The position numbers were made by a program, and so were the translations under genes. Below, in pieces: positions 1-8,343 of a stretch of DNA of 26,648 bases (positions within the stretch are counted from its first letter, which is position 1; each line of letters opens with the position of its first letter). Origin of the DNA: a virus; the UHGV virus genome UHGV-0191547; one strand, 5' to 3'. The notes beneath the pieces are model-generated. The model saw nothing but the letters and a program-made list of their open reading frames with translations. It searched no databases and was not told where the DNA came from.

Positions 1-8
1 CAAACAAA

Positions 9-395
9 ATGGTCACTACAGAACAGGCGCGGGAATATCTTGAAAGCCAGGGTATTGACCTGCCAGACATTATCTTATCTTTGCTGGTGGAACAGGCAAA
101 TAGCGTTAATGAATGCCTTGATGCTAACTATCCGGCCTCCACTGCAACATTAATTCAGCTTTATCTGATCGGGCTATTAGGACTCACACAGGCGAATAAA
201 TACGTTTCCTCACACACAGGTCCGAACGGTGCAAGCCAGTCTTACCGCTATGTTGATTTCAATAAAAAATGGAAGGCGGCTTGCTCGTTGCTACGCTCGA
301 TTGACAGGCATAATTGCACAGCCGAACTGATTCCCGCAGATCCTGAAGCCACCGCACATGCCGGACTATGGATCGGTAAGAGTGGGAGGATGTAA
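9..395 (+). CDS. Head-tail connector/adaptor-like protein (gp6-like); 5' end may lie upstream of the window
   Basis: 128-aa ORF, first gene of a run of small + strand genes preceding the tail genes; the frame stays open to the window start. Family assignment is by position and loose N-terminal resemblance only. Confidence 0.4.
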   Translation: MVTTEQAREYLESQGIDLPDIILSLLVEQANSVNECLDANYPASTATLIQLYLIGLLGLTQANKYVSSHTGPNGASQSYRYVDFNKKWKAACSLLRSIDRHNCTAELIPADPEATAHAGLWIGKSGRM

Positions 396-397
396 CC

Positions 398-583
398 ATG
401 TGGAACGACCTAACGTTACCGGACCCGGTATTACCTAAGCTATTCACCCGCGTATGGGTGAAGACTGACACTGGGCGACAGGTTGCCGCCTATCTCAATG
501 ATGCTGGCGAATGGGTAATTCTTTGCCCGCGCGTGGCGAAAACCCATCCGAAAATTGTTAAATGGAGCTATGGCTATGAGTAA
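398..583 (+). CDS. Small hypothetical phage protein (61 aa)
   Basis: ORF with RBS GGGAGGATG a few nt upstream of the ATG; tightly packed between neighbouring genes. Confidence 0.45.
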   Translation: MWNDLTLPDPVLPKLFTRVWVKTDTGRQVAAYLNDAGEWVILCPRVAKTHPKIVKWSYGYE

Positions 584-944
584 GATCGCGCGATTCAGCT
601 ACAAGGCATTAGCCACCATTTACCCCGTAACGCGTGACGACTGGACAAACTCCGATGTATACGGTGCACCATACCTGATTGATTGCTCATGGGAGCGCAC
701 AGACGGCACTGCAACAGACACAAACGGCAATGAGGTTAGCAATACAATAACTGTATTTACCGAACTGCTTCACAATATGCAGCCAGTGCAGCGCCCGGAA
801 AAAGGCTGGATGATTGCCACTGGCGACACCACTGATATTTCCGACCCGCTGGCGGCAGGTGCGAACGTTATAACCGGAATCGTTGAATGGGATATGAGCA
901 TGTTTAACGACACGCCGGATTATAAGATCGTGACAGGGGGTTAA
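576..944 (+). CDS. Head-tail joining / head completion-like protein (start chosen at MSKIARF)
   Basis: ORF 555-944; the ATG at 576 has a GGAG-containing RBS; positional assignment within the head-tail joining gene run. Confidence 0.4.
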   Translation: MSKIARFSYKALATIYPVTRDDWTNSDVYGAPYLIDCSWERTDGTATDTNGNEVSNTITVFTELLHNMQPVQRPEKGWMIATGDTTDISDPLAAGANVITGIVEWDMSMFNDTPDYKIVTGG

Positions 945-946
945 TC

Positions 947-1411
947 ATGCCTATCAAGGGTGTTAAACGTGTCAGGGAGCGATTAAAGCAGGAGCTAAAG
1001 GAAATCACAGATAAGAAAACTCATGAGGTGTTATGGCGAGTAGGGATGCTGGCTGGTGGCTTCGCGGCGAACATGACCCCCGTTGATACGGGTTTTTTAA
1101 TTAACAGCCAATTTCAGTATATAGGTAGCACGGCGGAGGGTATGCAGTTACGGCTGGGATATACGGCCCGGTATGCTGAATGGGTGCACAATATGCCAGG
1201 CACATTAAAAGGCCAGCCTCGCGAACATTTCGGGAAAACCAATAACCTTTCAGATTTCGGGCCGAAACAGGTAATTGAGTTCGGCGGCGGTACTGGAAAA
1301 GGTAAATATTGGGACCCAAACGCGGAGCCGGAATTTTTGCGCAAGGCATTCGAAGATCCAAACAACGCTGACGATATTTATAAAGAGATTGTAGAAGGTT
1401 ACAAAACATGA
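947..1411 (+). CDS. HK97 gp10-like tail component protein
   Basis: 154 aa; DTGFLINS motif and size fit the HK97 gp10 family; sits upstream of the tail terminator and tube genes. Confidence 0.55.
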   Translation: MPIKGVKRVRERLKQELKEITDKKTHEVLWRVGMLAGGFAANMTPVDTGFLINSQFQYIGSTAEGMQLRLGYTARYAEWVHNMPGTLKGQPREHFGKTNNLSDFGPKQVIEFGGGTGKGKYWDPNAEPEFLRKAFEDPNNADDIYKEIVEGYKT

Positions 1412-1794
1412 AACGCAGCGAAGTATACGACGAAATAAGGGATTGGATTAAATCCCACGGGTACGATGAAGGCTATATTTTGCAGGCCCGTTTCTGGAAT
1501 GAAAAATCCAATTCGAATAACGACCGATACATTGTTATCCAGCAAAACGGCGGCGCGGCTGGTGAGGAAGCAATAACCCGTGATTATTTCCGCATCCTGG
1601 TTATTTCGGCGCGTAATGATGCAAATATCAGTGAAGTGGAAGACCTTGCCGACGCCATCCGTCAAAGTATGTTAACAGAATATAAAACTGATAAAATTAC
1701 ACACATGAAGCCAGTTGGCGCTATTCCTGCAATGCAGACAAGAGAAGGGCGCTTTATTTTCACCGTAGCTTTTCAAACCATCATATCCAGATAA
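1408..1794 (+). CDS. Tail terminator / tail completion-like protein
   Basis: 128 aa; start overlaps the preceding stop (ATGA); position equivalent to lambda U. Confidence 0.45.
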   Translation: MKRSEVYDEIRDWIKSHGYDEGYILQARFWNEKSNSNNDRYIVIQQNGGAAGEEAITRDYFRILVISARNDANISEVEDLADAIRQSMLTEYKTDKITHMKPVGAIPAMQTREGRFIFTVAFQTIISR

Positions 1795-1806
1795 GAGGTA
1801 ATAAAC

Positions 1807-2283
1807 ATGTCTCAGACTTGCGAAAAGGGCGCGTTTTTGGGCCGCGACGTGGCTGTATTCTTCGCTATCGCTTGTCCTAACGCGAAGCCGTTAGATGACG
1901 ACTACAAAGCGTTAGGAATGATGCGCGGCAAAACGCTCTCAGTCGAATGGGAAACCGCAGACGCCACCGCTGATAAATCAGCAGACTACACAAAAGAATC
2001 AATGGTTACTTACAAATCTGTTTCTTTCTCCGGCGATGGTGTATCCCGTACTGAAGCAATCCATAATCAGAAAGAACTGAAGCGTCACGTTATTAACCCT
2101 GGTGAAACAACCGGATCTCAGCCTTATGTGTGGCTTAAACTTGTTTCCCCGGTTGATGTAACTGAAGGTCCATTCCTTTGCACTTCCTTTAAAGAGGAAG
2201 ACCCGAACGATGATGTTTCCACCTGGTCTATTGAGTGTTCAAGCGCTGGTAAGGTGACGGTTGGCGACATCCCAGCAGCATAA
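1807..2283 (+). CDS. Major tail tube protein (putative)
   Basis: 158 aa; position equivalent to lambda V between the terminator-like gene and the chaperone/tape-measure genes. Confidence 0.45.
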   Translation: MSQTCEKGAFLGRDVAVFFAIACPNAKPLDDDYKALGMMRGKTLSVEWETADATADKSADYTKESMVTYKSVSFSGDGVSRTEAIHNQKELKRHVINPGETTGSQPYVWLKLVSPVDVTEGPFLCTSFKEEDPNDDVSTWSIECSSAGKVTVGDIPAA

Positions 2284-2324
2284 TAATCAATATTAATAAT
2301 CGGGGCCGTTGGCCCCTTTCTTTT

Positions 2325-3014
2325 ATGGTGAAAACTATGATTCATGTTCGAACAGGACAATTTGCGGCGGTGGTAGACGGCAGGAGGTATGCGTTTAATC
2401 CCTGCTTCGCTGCAATGGCTAAGATCGGCAGTGACAGCGAACTGGTCGAATACTTCGCAACCATCCACGGTGGCAAATATCCATCACGATTGCCAGCAGA
2501 TCCAGACCTTCGCAATCGCATTCTGGCGCGGTGTTATGGTGAGTTAGTGCAAACGTCAATACACATCCTGAAATGTTGCTCAGACAACGAAATAGGCCCG
2601 TTATTGGGTGAATGTAGGTTTACTCCTTCCGGCAAATTGCGACTAAAACCCGGACTGATGCCGACCAGTGACGTTATCACGCTGGCGCAACATTGCATGT
2701 ACCACGGTTTAATCGGTGACGGGCCAGAAGAAGACGCCGGAGAGATCCGGGAAGGGGAATATAAGCCGACTTTTAACGTGCTGGAATTCGTTTATTCTGC
2801 CGTAGCTCACCTGGGGTTATCAGAATCAGAAGCATGGAATATGACAATGACCGGATATAGAGCCGCCGTACGCGCTAAAACGCCGCCAGACGAAAGAAAC
2901 GAGAGAAGCAAGCCAAACGTTCACATAAATAAACGTGCTTATGACGAGCAAATGGAGGCCGCTAAAAAGGCACTAGAAAGAATGAAAAATCGAGAGCAAG
3001 AAAAAGCCCGGTAG
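2325..3014 (+). CDS. Tail assembly chaperone-like protein (positional, G/GT equivalent)
   Basis: 229 aa ORF immediately upstream of the tape-measure region with a basic/acidic C-terminus; no motif recognised. Confidence 0.3.
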   Translation: MVKTMIHVRTGQFAAVVDGRRYAFNPCFAAMAKIGSDSELVEYFATIHGGKYPSRLPADPDLRNRILARCYGELVQTSIHILKCCSDNEIGPLLGECRFTPSGKLRLKPGLMPTSDVITLAQHCMYHGLIGDGPEEDAGEIREGEYKPTFNVLEFVYSAVAHLGLSESEAWNMTMTGYRAAVRAKTPPDERNERSKPNVHINKRAYDEQMEAAKKALERMKNREQEKAR

Positions 3015-3029
3015 ATCCGGGCGTTTTTG
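3006..3029. terminator. Rho-independent hairpin terminator, probably bidirectional
   Basis: GCCCGG-tagat-CCGGGC stem-loop followed by GTTTTTG, with an A-run on the other side. Confidence 0.6.
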
Positions 3030-3039
3030 TTAAGTTCGC

Positions 3040-3360
3040 TTATGCTATTTTTTCGTAAAGCACATTCATCTGGGTGCGAATCACTGTTAATATATTGATT
3101 GCTGCGTTCTTATCAATGCGTTTATTCGCTACTATTTTTGTTTTCCCATCAATAACAACCAGATCTGCGTGCAATACATGGTTGAAGTTGACAATGTAAT
3201 AATACTGTTTATCGCCAACATGTTGAACATATGCACCATTTAGATTTCCTTTATACCCACAATCACGCTCTGCGACACCGAAGTCAAATTCGCGGTTCAT
3301 CTTGCGATTATATGCTACTTGTTTATGTTCCCATTTTCTCATCCATTCATCGCGCTTCAT
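3040..3360 (-). CDS. Hypothetical protein, antisense cargo cassette A
   Basis: 106 aa ORF 9 nt downstream of the lipoprotein gene on the - strand, RBS AAGGGTGA; AT-rich by eye. Confidence 0.5.
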   Translation of the reverse strand: MKRDEWMRKWEHKQVAYNRKMNREFDFGVAERDCGYKGNLNGAYVQHVGDKQYYYIVNFNHVLHADLVVIDGKTKIVANKRIDKNAAINILTVIRTQMNVLYEKIA

Positions 3361-3369
3361 GTTTCACCC

Positions 3370-4029
3370 TTAATTCCAGTTGCAAGCGTTTTTTACTTTG
3401 TCGATGTGGTTATAAAGACCATCAATGTTAAACACTGCTTTCTCAATGTCGCCAGCTTCCGGCACTACTTCAATGATAAATTGTTTTTCGTTAACCAGAT
3501 TTTTAATCATTGGGATGGCTTTTTTGTCGTTCCATAATCCAAGAGCTTTATAGTTAGTTGACCGCCCCCATTCAGTGGCTACAGCTTTGTGATCGCCGAT
3601 CCGGTAGTTAATATAAGTAGCGTCCCCGGCGTCAGTTACACGGTGTGACCATGCTACGAACATTTTTGTTTTATTACCCTGGCAAGCAATTGTTAATACC
3701 GGTTTATTATTATCCTGTGCCTTCAGTGCCGGGAAGGCATCAAGACTTCCGCTAAAATGATCTGCTTTCACAAAAAGGAACACGTTTTTTGTGTCCTGCA
3801 TATCATCTTTTCTTTCGACCACAAGCCACTGTTTACCAGCTTTTTCTTTTGCTAACTGTGCCTCATATGCGGCTTGTTTTGCTTGTTGTTCCGCAAGCCA
3901 TTTAGCATTTTTCTCAGCCAATGCTTGTTGTTCTTGAGTGGTCACTATAGGCGCTTTTTCATTATCCTCATTGCAACCAACCAGACCCAATACCGCCGCA
4001 ATCATTGCCACTTTTGCTAACTGTTTCAT
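3370..4029 (-). CDS. Lipoprotein, antisense cargo cassette A
   Basis: 219 aa; N-terminus MKQLAKVAMIAAVLGLVGC is a signal peptide with lipobox L-V-G-C; Ala/Gln/Lys-rich predicted coiled segment after the lipidated Cys. Confidence 0.65.
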   Translation of the reverse strand: MKQLAKVAMIAAVLGLVGCNEDNEKAPIVTTQEQQALAEKNAKWLAEQQAKQAAYEAQLAKEKAGKQWLVVERKDDMQDTKNVFLFVKADHFSGSLDAFPALKAQDNNKPVLTIACQGNKTKMFVAWSHRVTDAGDATYINYRIGDHKAVATEWGRSTNYKALGLWNDKKAIPMIKNLVNEKQFIIEVVPEAGDIEKAVFNIDGLYNHIDKVKNACNWN

Positions 4030-4041
4030 AACCCACCACGC

Positions 4042-4131
4042 TTAGTTTTTATTTTTAAGTGATTTTAACATTTCTTCAATGAAATCCGCATAGCGTTCAT
4101 GTTCGTTGGGACGGTAGTTTACGTTTTTCAT
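4042..4131 (-). CDS. Possible micro-ORF (29 aa, MKNVNYRPNEHERYADFIEEMLKSLKNKN) leading cassette A
   Basis: Hand-translated from the - strand; GAGGA-type RBS upstream; not in the ORF track because it is under 60 aa. Confidence 0.2.
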   Translation of the reverse strand: MKNVNYRPNEHERYADFIEEMLKSLKNKN

Positions 4132-4208
4132 TTTCTTGTCCTCTTTTGCTTCCTCCGGTTTATCCGGTCCTTTTAAATCCCTTTACTCTATCCATTTCCT
4201 TTAGCCTC

Positions 4209-4237
4209 TTTATACAAAATGTATTCGTTGAAGTGAA
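4209..4237 (-). promoter_or_regulatory. Candidate sigma70 promoter for cassette A (TTCACT-N17-TATAAA) with upstream CAAAATGG element
   Basis: - strand reads CAAAATGGC-TTCACT-17 nt-TATAAA, nearly identical to the element at 7426-7454. Confidence 0.4.
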
Positions 4238-4289
4238 GCCATTTTGTATAAAATAGAGACATAGATCACATCTTGTATGAGGTTAAATC

Positions 4290-6629
4290 ATGGCTACCAG
4301 TGTAGGTACAATTTATTACGAAGTTGATGCAAAAACTGGTCAACTTCTCGTTGCACAACGACAGGCAGACCAGGCCTTTGACCGTATAGAGCGCGGCGCA
4401 AAACAGGCTGACCGCCAGGTAAACACCCTGAAAACATCCATCAAGGCACTGACCAGGGTTATCCATTTGCTAATTGCTGCCGAGGCTGTGCGCCAATTTA
4501 TGGATATGGCGGAGCAAGCCAAAATGCTTCGCGTAAAAATCAAATTGCTTACAGGTGAAGCGGAGGCAACGGAACGGGTTTTCAACAGACTGAAAGAAAT
4601 ATCAAAAGAAACAGGCCAAAGCCTCAAGGATACTGGTGCCCTGTGGCAAGGTCTTGCTATATCGCTAAAAAACACATCCGCCACAGAAGGCCAGGTGCTC
4701 AACCTGGTCAGCACGCTGCAAAAACTTGGTAACTTGGGCGGCGTGTCTGCGGAACAACTATCAAACTCCATGCTTCAGTTCCGCCAGGCTATTGATGCTG
4801 GCGTGTTGCAGGCGGAAGAGTTCAACTCAATACGTGATAACACCCCAACAATCATACAGGAAATGGCCCGACAGATGGGGTTATCTATGGGGCAGTTCCG
4901 CGCCGAAATGCTGGACGGCAAGATCACGGCTGAAAGGATGCTCAACGCGATCCAGGCGGCTACGCAGGAAACAAACGAGAAGTTTGCACAGTTACCGCGC
5001 ACGTCCGGTATGGCTTTTAATGAGCTTAAAGTCGAGGTGATGGGACTTGTCGAACAACTTGATGATCTTTTCGGCATATCAGATGGCGTTGTGTCAGCTA
5101 TCGACTTAATAACTGGTGGCGTTGAGGGATTAGGTAAAGGCGCAAAATTCGCCGCAACCTGTTTCAATACACTAAAAACGGCTGGCAGTGAGTTTATCGA
5201 CATGTTTGATGATGTTGCTGTTAAAGCTGGTGAGGTGGCGGAAGAGATTATCAGGATGGTAACGCCAATCAAAGCGCTAATGGATGGCTACAAATGGATG
5301 AAGGAGATCATTGATAAACGCAAGAATGAGCTAAACAGCAACAACGAAAAGAAATTCGGCCCTACAGTCGGTAAGGTCATGACGTTTGCAAATGACATCA
5401 AAAATGCGACCGCCGCTTATGATGAGTTTATGCAGAAACAGGGTGAGGCTGATGACGGCAAGATCACCGGATTCGATCAGCCAGTTGGCAAGCCGAAAAA
5501 AGGGAAAAAAGACAAGAAATCTGAAGCTGATCGGCTTGGTGATGAAGGCATAAAAGTATCCGACCAGTACAACAAAGACGCCGCAGCTATGCGCAAAGCG
5601 TTAGAGAACGGCAAGGCCATTGATGCTGCATTCGCCCAGGGTAAAATCACTCTCCTTGAGTACCGCGCCGCGCAAAAAGGGATAGGTAAGGAACTGAAGG
5701 AAGAATTAGCGCAAATTCCGGTAGATGAATTGCGTGATAAATGGGCGCAAATAGTAAGCCCGATGGATCAGCTTAAAGGTGAGGTTGACCCTATCCAGCA
5801 GGTGCAGAATGAATGGGCCGTCCGTAAGCAAATGCTTATCGACCTGGGCGTTACTGAAGCGCAACAGAAACAGGAACTGTTAGCCTATGAGCAACAGATC
5901 CGTGATCTGAAGTGGGAACAGTGGCAGGCACAAAGCGATACAAACGGCCTTATCGGTGATTGCGTTAATGGCCTAAAAGGTGGTATGAGCAATGCACTTG
6001 TTGGCCTGTTAAATGGTACTCAATCATTGAGTGATGTTTTTGCTAACTTAGGCAGCAATATCCTCGGGAATATCGGTAACAGGCTTTCAGACATAGCTGC
6101 AAACTGGATAGCAGATCAGATCATGATGGAAACGCAAAGCAAAGCGACTCAGGCAAGTACCACGGCGGGCGCGGTAGCGGCGCAAGGCCAGATTGCTGCG
6201 GCGGCGGCCCCGGCGGCGGCGGCAACAGCGGCGTCAACTGGCGGCGCATGGGCGGCGGCTGGTTCTGCGGCACTCACTGCGATCATGTCGCTGGCTACGT
6301 CAATTTTCGGCGGCGGTCGCTTTAATGGTGGTAGCGTTATTGGTGGCAATATGTACCGCGTAGGGGAACACAACAGGCCGGAGCTATTCCAGACATCTAA
6401 CGGAAATCAATATATGATCCCAGGCGAGAATGGCAGGGTTATTCCTGGGCGTGATATTGGCGGTGGCGGCGGCATTAGTATGCCTGTCAATATCAACATT
6501 CAGACCACAAACGGATTTAGCGACGAAGACAGTCGCAGACTTGAGCAAACAATGGAACGTGTAGCAATGAAGATGATAACAAGGGAATCACAAAGACCTG
6601 GAGGAATATTGCAACCGCGCCGCAAATAA
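4290..6629 (+). CDS. Tail tape measure protein
   Basis: 779 aa, alpha-helical N-terminal two thirds, Ala/Gly-rich low-complexity tract (AAAAPAAAATAAS), located between chaperone and gpM homologue. Confidence 0.9.
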   Translation: MATSVGTIYYEVDAKTGQLLVAQRQADQAFDRIERGAKQADRQVNTLKTSIKALTRVIHLLIAAEAVRQFMDMAEQAKMLRVKIKLLTGEAEATERVFNRLKEISKETGQSLKDTGALWQGLAISLKNTSATEGQVLNLVSTLQKLGNLGGVSAEQLSNSMLQFRQAIDAGVLQAEEFNSIRDNTPTIIQEMARQMGLSMGQFRAEMLDGKITAERMLNAIQAATQETNEKFAQLPRTSGMAFNELKVEVMGLVEQLDDLFGISDGVVSAIDLITGGVEGLGKGAKFAATCFNTLKTAGSEFIDMFDDVAVKAGEVAEEIIRMVTPIKALMDGYKWMKEIIDKRKNELNSNNEKKFGPTVGKVMTFANDIKNATAAYDEFMQKQGEADDGKITGFDQPVGKPKKGKKDKKSEADRLGDEGIKVSDQYNKDAAAMRKALENGKAIDAAFAQGKITLLEYRAAQKGIGKELKEELAQIPVDELRDKWAQIVSPMDQLKGEVDPIQQVQNEWAVRKQMLIDLGVTEAQQKQELLAYEQQIRDLKWEQWQAQSDTNGLIGDCVNGLKGGMSNALVGLLNGTQSLSDVFANLGSNILGNIGNRLSDIAANWIADQIMMETQSKATQASTTAGAVAAQGQIAAAAAPAAAATAASTGGAWAAAGSAALTAIMSLATSIFGGGRFNGGSVIGGNMYRVGEHNRPELFQTSNGNQYMIPGENGRVIPGRDIGGGGGISMPVNINIQTTNGFSDEDSRRLEQTMERVAMKMITRESQRPGGILQPRRK

Positions 6630-6635
6630 ACGAAA

Positions 6636-6663
6636 CCCCGGTACAATGCCGGGGTTATCTTTT
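6636..6663. terminator. Rho-independent terminator after the tape-measure gene
   Basis: CCCCGG-tacaatg-CCGGGG hairpin followed by TTATCTTTT. Confidence 0.6.
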
Positions 6664-6838
6664 AGTTATTCTCAAAACTTGTATATCCTCTTTCAATTTT
6701 CCCGCCTCTTACACTTCTTGCAAATACTGCATCATTATGTTTGAAAAATGGTTCAGTATATGTGTCTCCTTTACTATCCATCCATTTCACGATCCAGGCT
6801 ATACGTTTTACATTGCTTTTATTTGCCTGGTTTTTCAT
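6662..6838 (-). CDS. Possible small protein (58 aa), third gene of cassette B
   Basis: Hand-translated - strand ORF MKNQANKSNVKRIAWIVKWMDSKGDTYTEPFFKHNDAVFARSVRGGKIERGYTSFENN with RBS GGAGGAAAATAAA before the ATG. Confidence 0.3.
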   Translation of the reverse strand: MKNQANKSNVKRIAWIVKWMDSKGDTYTEPFFKHNDAVFARSVRGGKIERGYTSFENN

Positions 6839-6956
6839 TTTATTTTCCTCCGCAAATTACAATCTTCCGTTTCTGGCTATATAGCTGCGAGAAAACATCA
6901 CCAACCAAATATTCCAGATCTCCCTCCAGGTGAATTTATCGTCCTCCATACCCACC

Positions 6957-7211
6957 TCACTTATGGCAACCGCGAACGCCAGACAATTCATTGAATTTAT
7001 GGTGTTCAACAATCACCCACTCTTTCAGATCCTGGCTATAGACTCGCCAGTCTAAATTGGCGCGGAAGGCGTAGCCGTAACCGTCTTTCAATTTTTTGGG
7101 TGACGCATTCTTGTTTAAAAACGCGTTCAAAAGTTCCTTTGCTTTTTTGACTACATGTCCCGGCGCGTTTTTCTGTGCTTTCAGATTTTTGTCAATCGCT
7201 ACCAGTTTCAT
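6957..7211 (-). CDS. Small protein with RelE/ParE-like toxin signature (candidate mRNA interferase)
   Basis: 84 aa; C-terminal KKLKDGYGYAFRANLDWRVYSQDLKEWVIVEHHKF resembles the RelE/ParE core pattern kLkG..g.yelRvgdyRviY....ilrigHRk recalled from memory. Confidence 0.4.
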   Translation of the reverse strand: MKLVAIDKNLKAQKNAPGHVVKKAKELLNAFLNKNASPKKLKDGYGYAFRANLDWRVYSQDLKEWVIVEHHKFNELSGVRGCHK

Positions 7212-7228
7212 AACTCACCCCATCATCC

Positions 7229-7384
7229 TTAGTTAAGTGCCTTCAGGAAGAAGTCCCGGTATTCATCTTCTTTTGCATTCATCATGAATTGACCGTATTT
7301 GAATGCGTCGTCGAAACCCTTAACGATTGCTATTTCCACTTGTTCGAATGCGTTGTTTAGCATTACCACTACATAGCGTTTCAT
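7229..7384 (-). CDS. Small protein (51 aa) upstream of the RelE/ParE-like gene; possible antitoxin partner
   Basis: Internal start MKRYVVVM chosen over the ORF-track start at 7459 because it has a strong RBS (GAAGGAGG, 6 nt spacing); the 7459 ATG lies inside the conserved promoter element. Confidence 0.4.
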   Translation of the reverse strand: MKRYVVVMLNNAFEQVEIAIVKGFDDAFKYGQFMMNAKEDEYRDFFLKALN

Positions 7385-7425
7385 TTTGGGCCTCCTTCGT
7401 TGGTACTGCTTTTCTTCTTGCTTTC

Positions 7426-7454
7426 TATATACATCTTGATGCGTGATATGTGAA
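7426..7454 (-). promoter_or_regulatory. Candidate sigma70 promoter for cassette B (TTCACA-N17-TATATA) with upstream CAAAATGG element
   Basis: - strand reads CAAAATGGC-TTCACA-17 nt-TATATA; 17 of 18 nt identical to the cassette A element at 4233-4250. Confidence 0.4.
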
Positions 7455-7553
7455 GCCATTTTGTAAACTAGCTATAATCATTGTGATGAAGATCTCATTT
7501 TTTGCGTAGAATCGCGTAAAAGTATATACAAAATGTAAATTATAGGGGGATTT

Positions 7554-7907
7554 ATGCCTGAAGTGTTCCGATGGACACCACAAAGAAGCTACAGCGTAAA
7601 CAGTGAGCCTAACGTGTCTGTCATTAAGCTGGGTGATGGGTATGAACAGCGCCAGACAAAAGGGATTAACCCTTTACTTGATAGCTACAGCCTGGTTTTT
7701 AAAGGCACAAGCGCCGGATGCGGTGACGCCGGAAACGTGGCGCTCCAAGTTGACGCATTTTTAAGGGCGCGTTGCGCGGTCGAGGCGTTTTACTGGACTC
7801 CATCAACTGACGGGGTGCAAAGGCTTTTTGTATGCAGAAAGTGGAGCATGACGAAAGACGGCCCGGTATGCACGCTAAACGCAACTTTTGAGCAAGTTGT
7901 CAATTAA
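7554..7907 (+). CDS. M: Minor tail protein M
   Basis: 117 aa; FRWTP...GDGYEQR and C-terminal ATFEQVVN match the lambda gpM pattern (recalled ...FSAEFEQVVN). Confidence 0.85.
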   Translation: MPEVFRWTPQRSYSVNSEPNVSVIKLGDGYEQRQTKGINPLLDSYSLVFKGTSAGCGDAGNVALQVDAFLRARCAVEAFYWTPSTDGVQRLFVCRKWSMTKDGPVCTLNATFEQVVN

Positions 7908-7920
7908 TGGAGGTGTCAAT

Positions 7921-8106
7921 ATGTATGCTATTTGTGTAGTGGACCGCACGGGCGCTTTTACATTGTTTGACGACTATGAAATCAACGATCTTACTGTAAA
8001 GGCTGATAATGGCGAGATCTGGTATCTTCATGATGTTGGTGACGGGTATGTCGGATGCAGATCGAGAGAGGGTAGGGAAGTTTTATTTTTACTTGATGGC
8101 GTATAA
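7921..8106 (+). CDS. Small hypothetical protein (61 aa) inserted between M and L in sense orientation
   Basis: Start MYAICVV with RBS GGAGGTG; followed directly by a strong hairpin terminator; lambda has no gene here. Confidence 0.4.
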   Translation: MYAICVVDRTGAFTLFDDYEINDLTVKADNGEIWYLHDVGDGYVGCRSREGREVLFLLDGV

Positions 8107-8111
8107 ACACG

Positions 8112-8140
8112 ACCCCGCGCGAAGCGGGGTTATTATTATT
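8112..8140. terminator. Rho-independent terminator (CCCCGC-gcgaa-GCGGGG then TTATTATTATT)
   Basis: Hairpin plus T-rich tail; 8112-8134 is the exact reverse complement of 16307-16329. Confidence 0.6.
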
Positions 8141-8252
8141 CCATTTCCATTAACGCTATATTTTCTGCTATCGTTTTCCAGTCCAGATCTACAGCATGAA
8201 CACCAAATACTATCAATCCCATTGCGATTAGTGCTAAAACTTCGATTTTCAT
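8136..8252 (-). CDS. Possible small hydrophobic peptide (38 aa), last gene of cassette C
   Basis: Hand-translated MKIEVLALIAMGLIVFGVHAVDLDWKTIAENIALMEME with GTGAGG RBS; one predicted hydrophobic helix. Confidence 0.25.
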   Translation of the reverse strand: MKIEVLALIAMGLIVFGVHAVDLDWKTIAENIALMEME

Positions 8253-8343
8253 AATCAACCTCACTTAATTAAGAAAGGCATAAACGATGGCAATCGCGCC
8301 AGCCACTACCAAAACATTTCGATCACTTCGTCTACTTTATTGA

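Noticed and set aside
3231-3537. + strand ORFs 3231-3431 and 3319-3537
   Set aside because: They lie downstream of a strong terminator within the antisense cassette and overlap better-supported - strand genes.
4211-4225. TATACAAAATGTAT as a LexA (SOS) box
   Set aside because: It lacks the CTGT-N8-ACAG consensus; the TATACA/TGTATA arms resemble it only superficially.
4340-5272. Antisense and alternative-frame ORFs inside the tape-measure gene (4340-4771, 4726-5040, 4775-5272, 6149-6373)
   Set aside because: They lie entirely within a long, well-supported CDS, are Ser/Ala/Pro/Arg-rich as expected for shadow frames, and lack ribosome-binding sites.
6737-6994. + strand ORFs 6737-6994 and 6748-6933 in cassette B
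   Set aside because: No ribosome-binding site and odd composition; the region is better explained by - strand small genes with strong RBSs and a sigma70-like promoter.
7385-7459. Upstream ATGs at 7459 and 9404 as starts of the first cassette B and C genes
   Set aside because: Both fall inside the conserved CAAAATGG/-35 promoter element and lack an RBS; internal ATGs with GGAGG-type RBSs are preferred.
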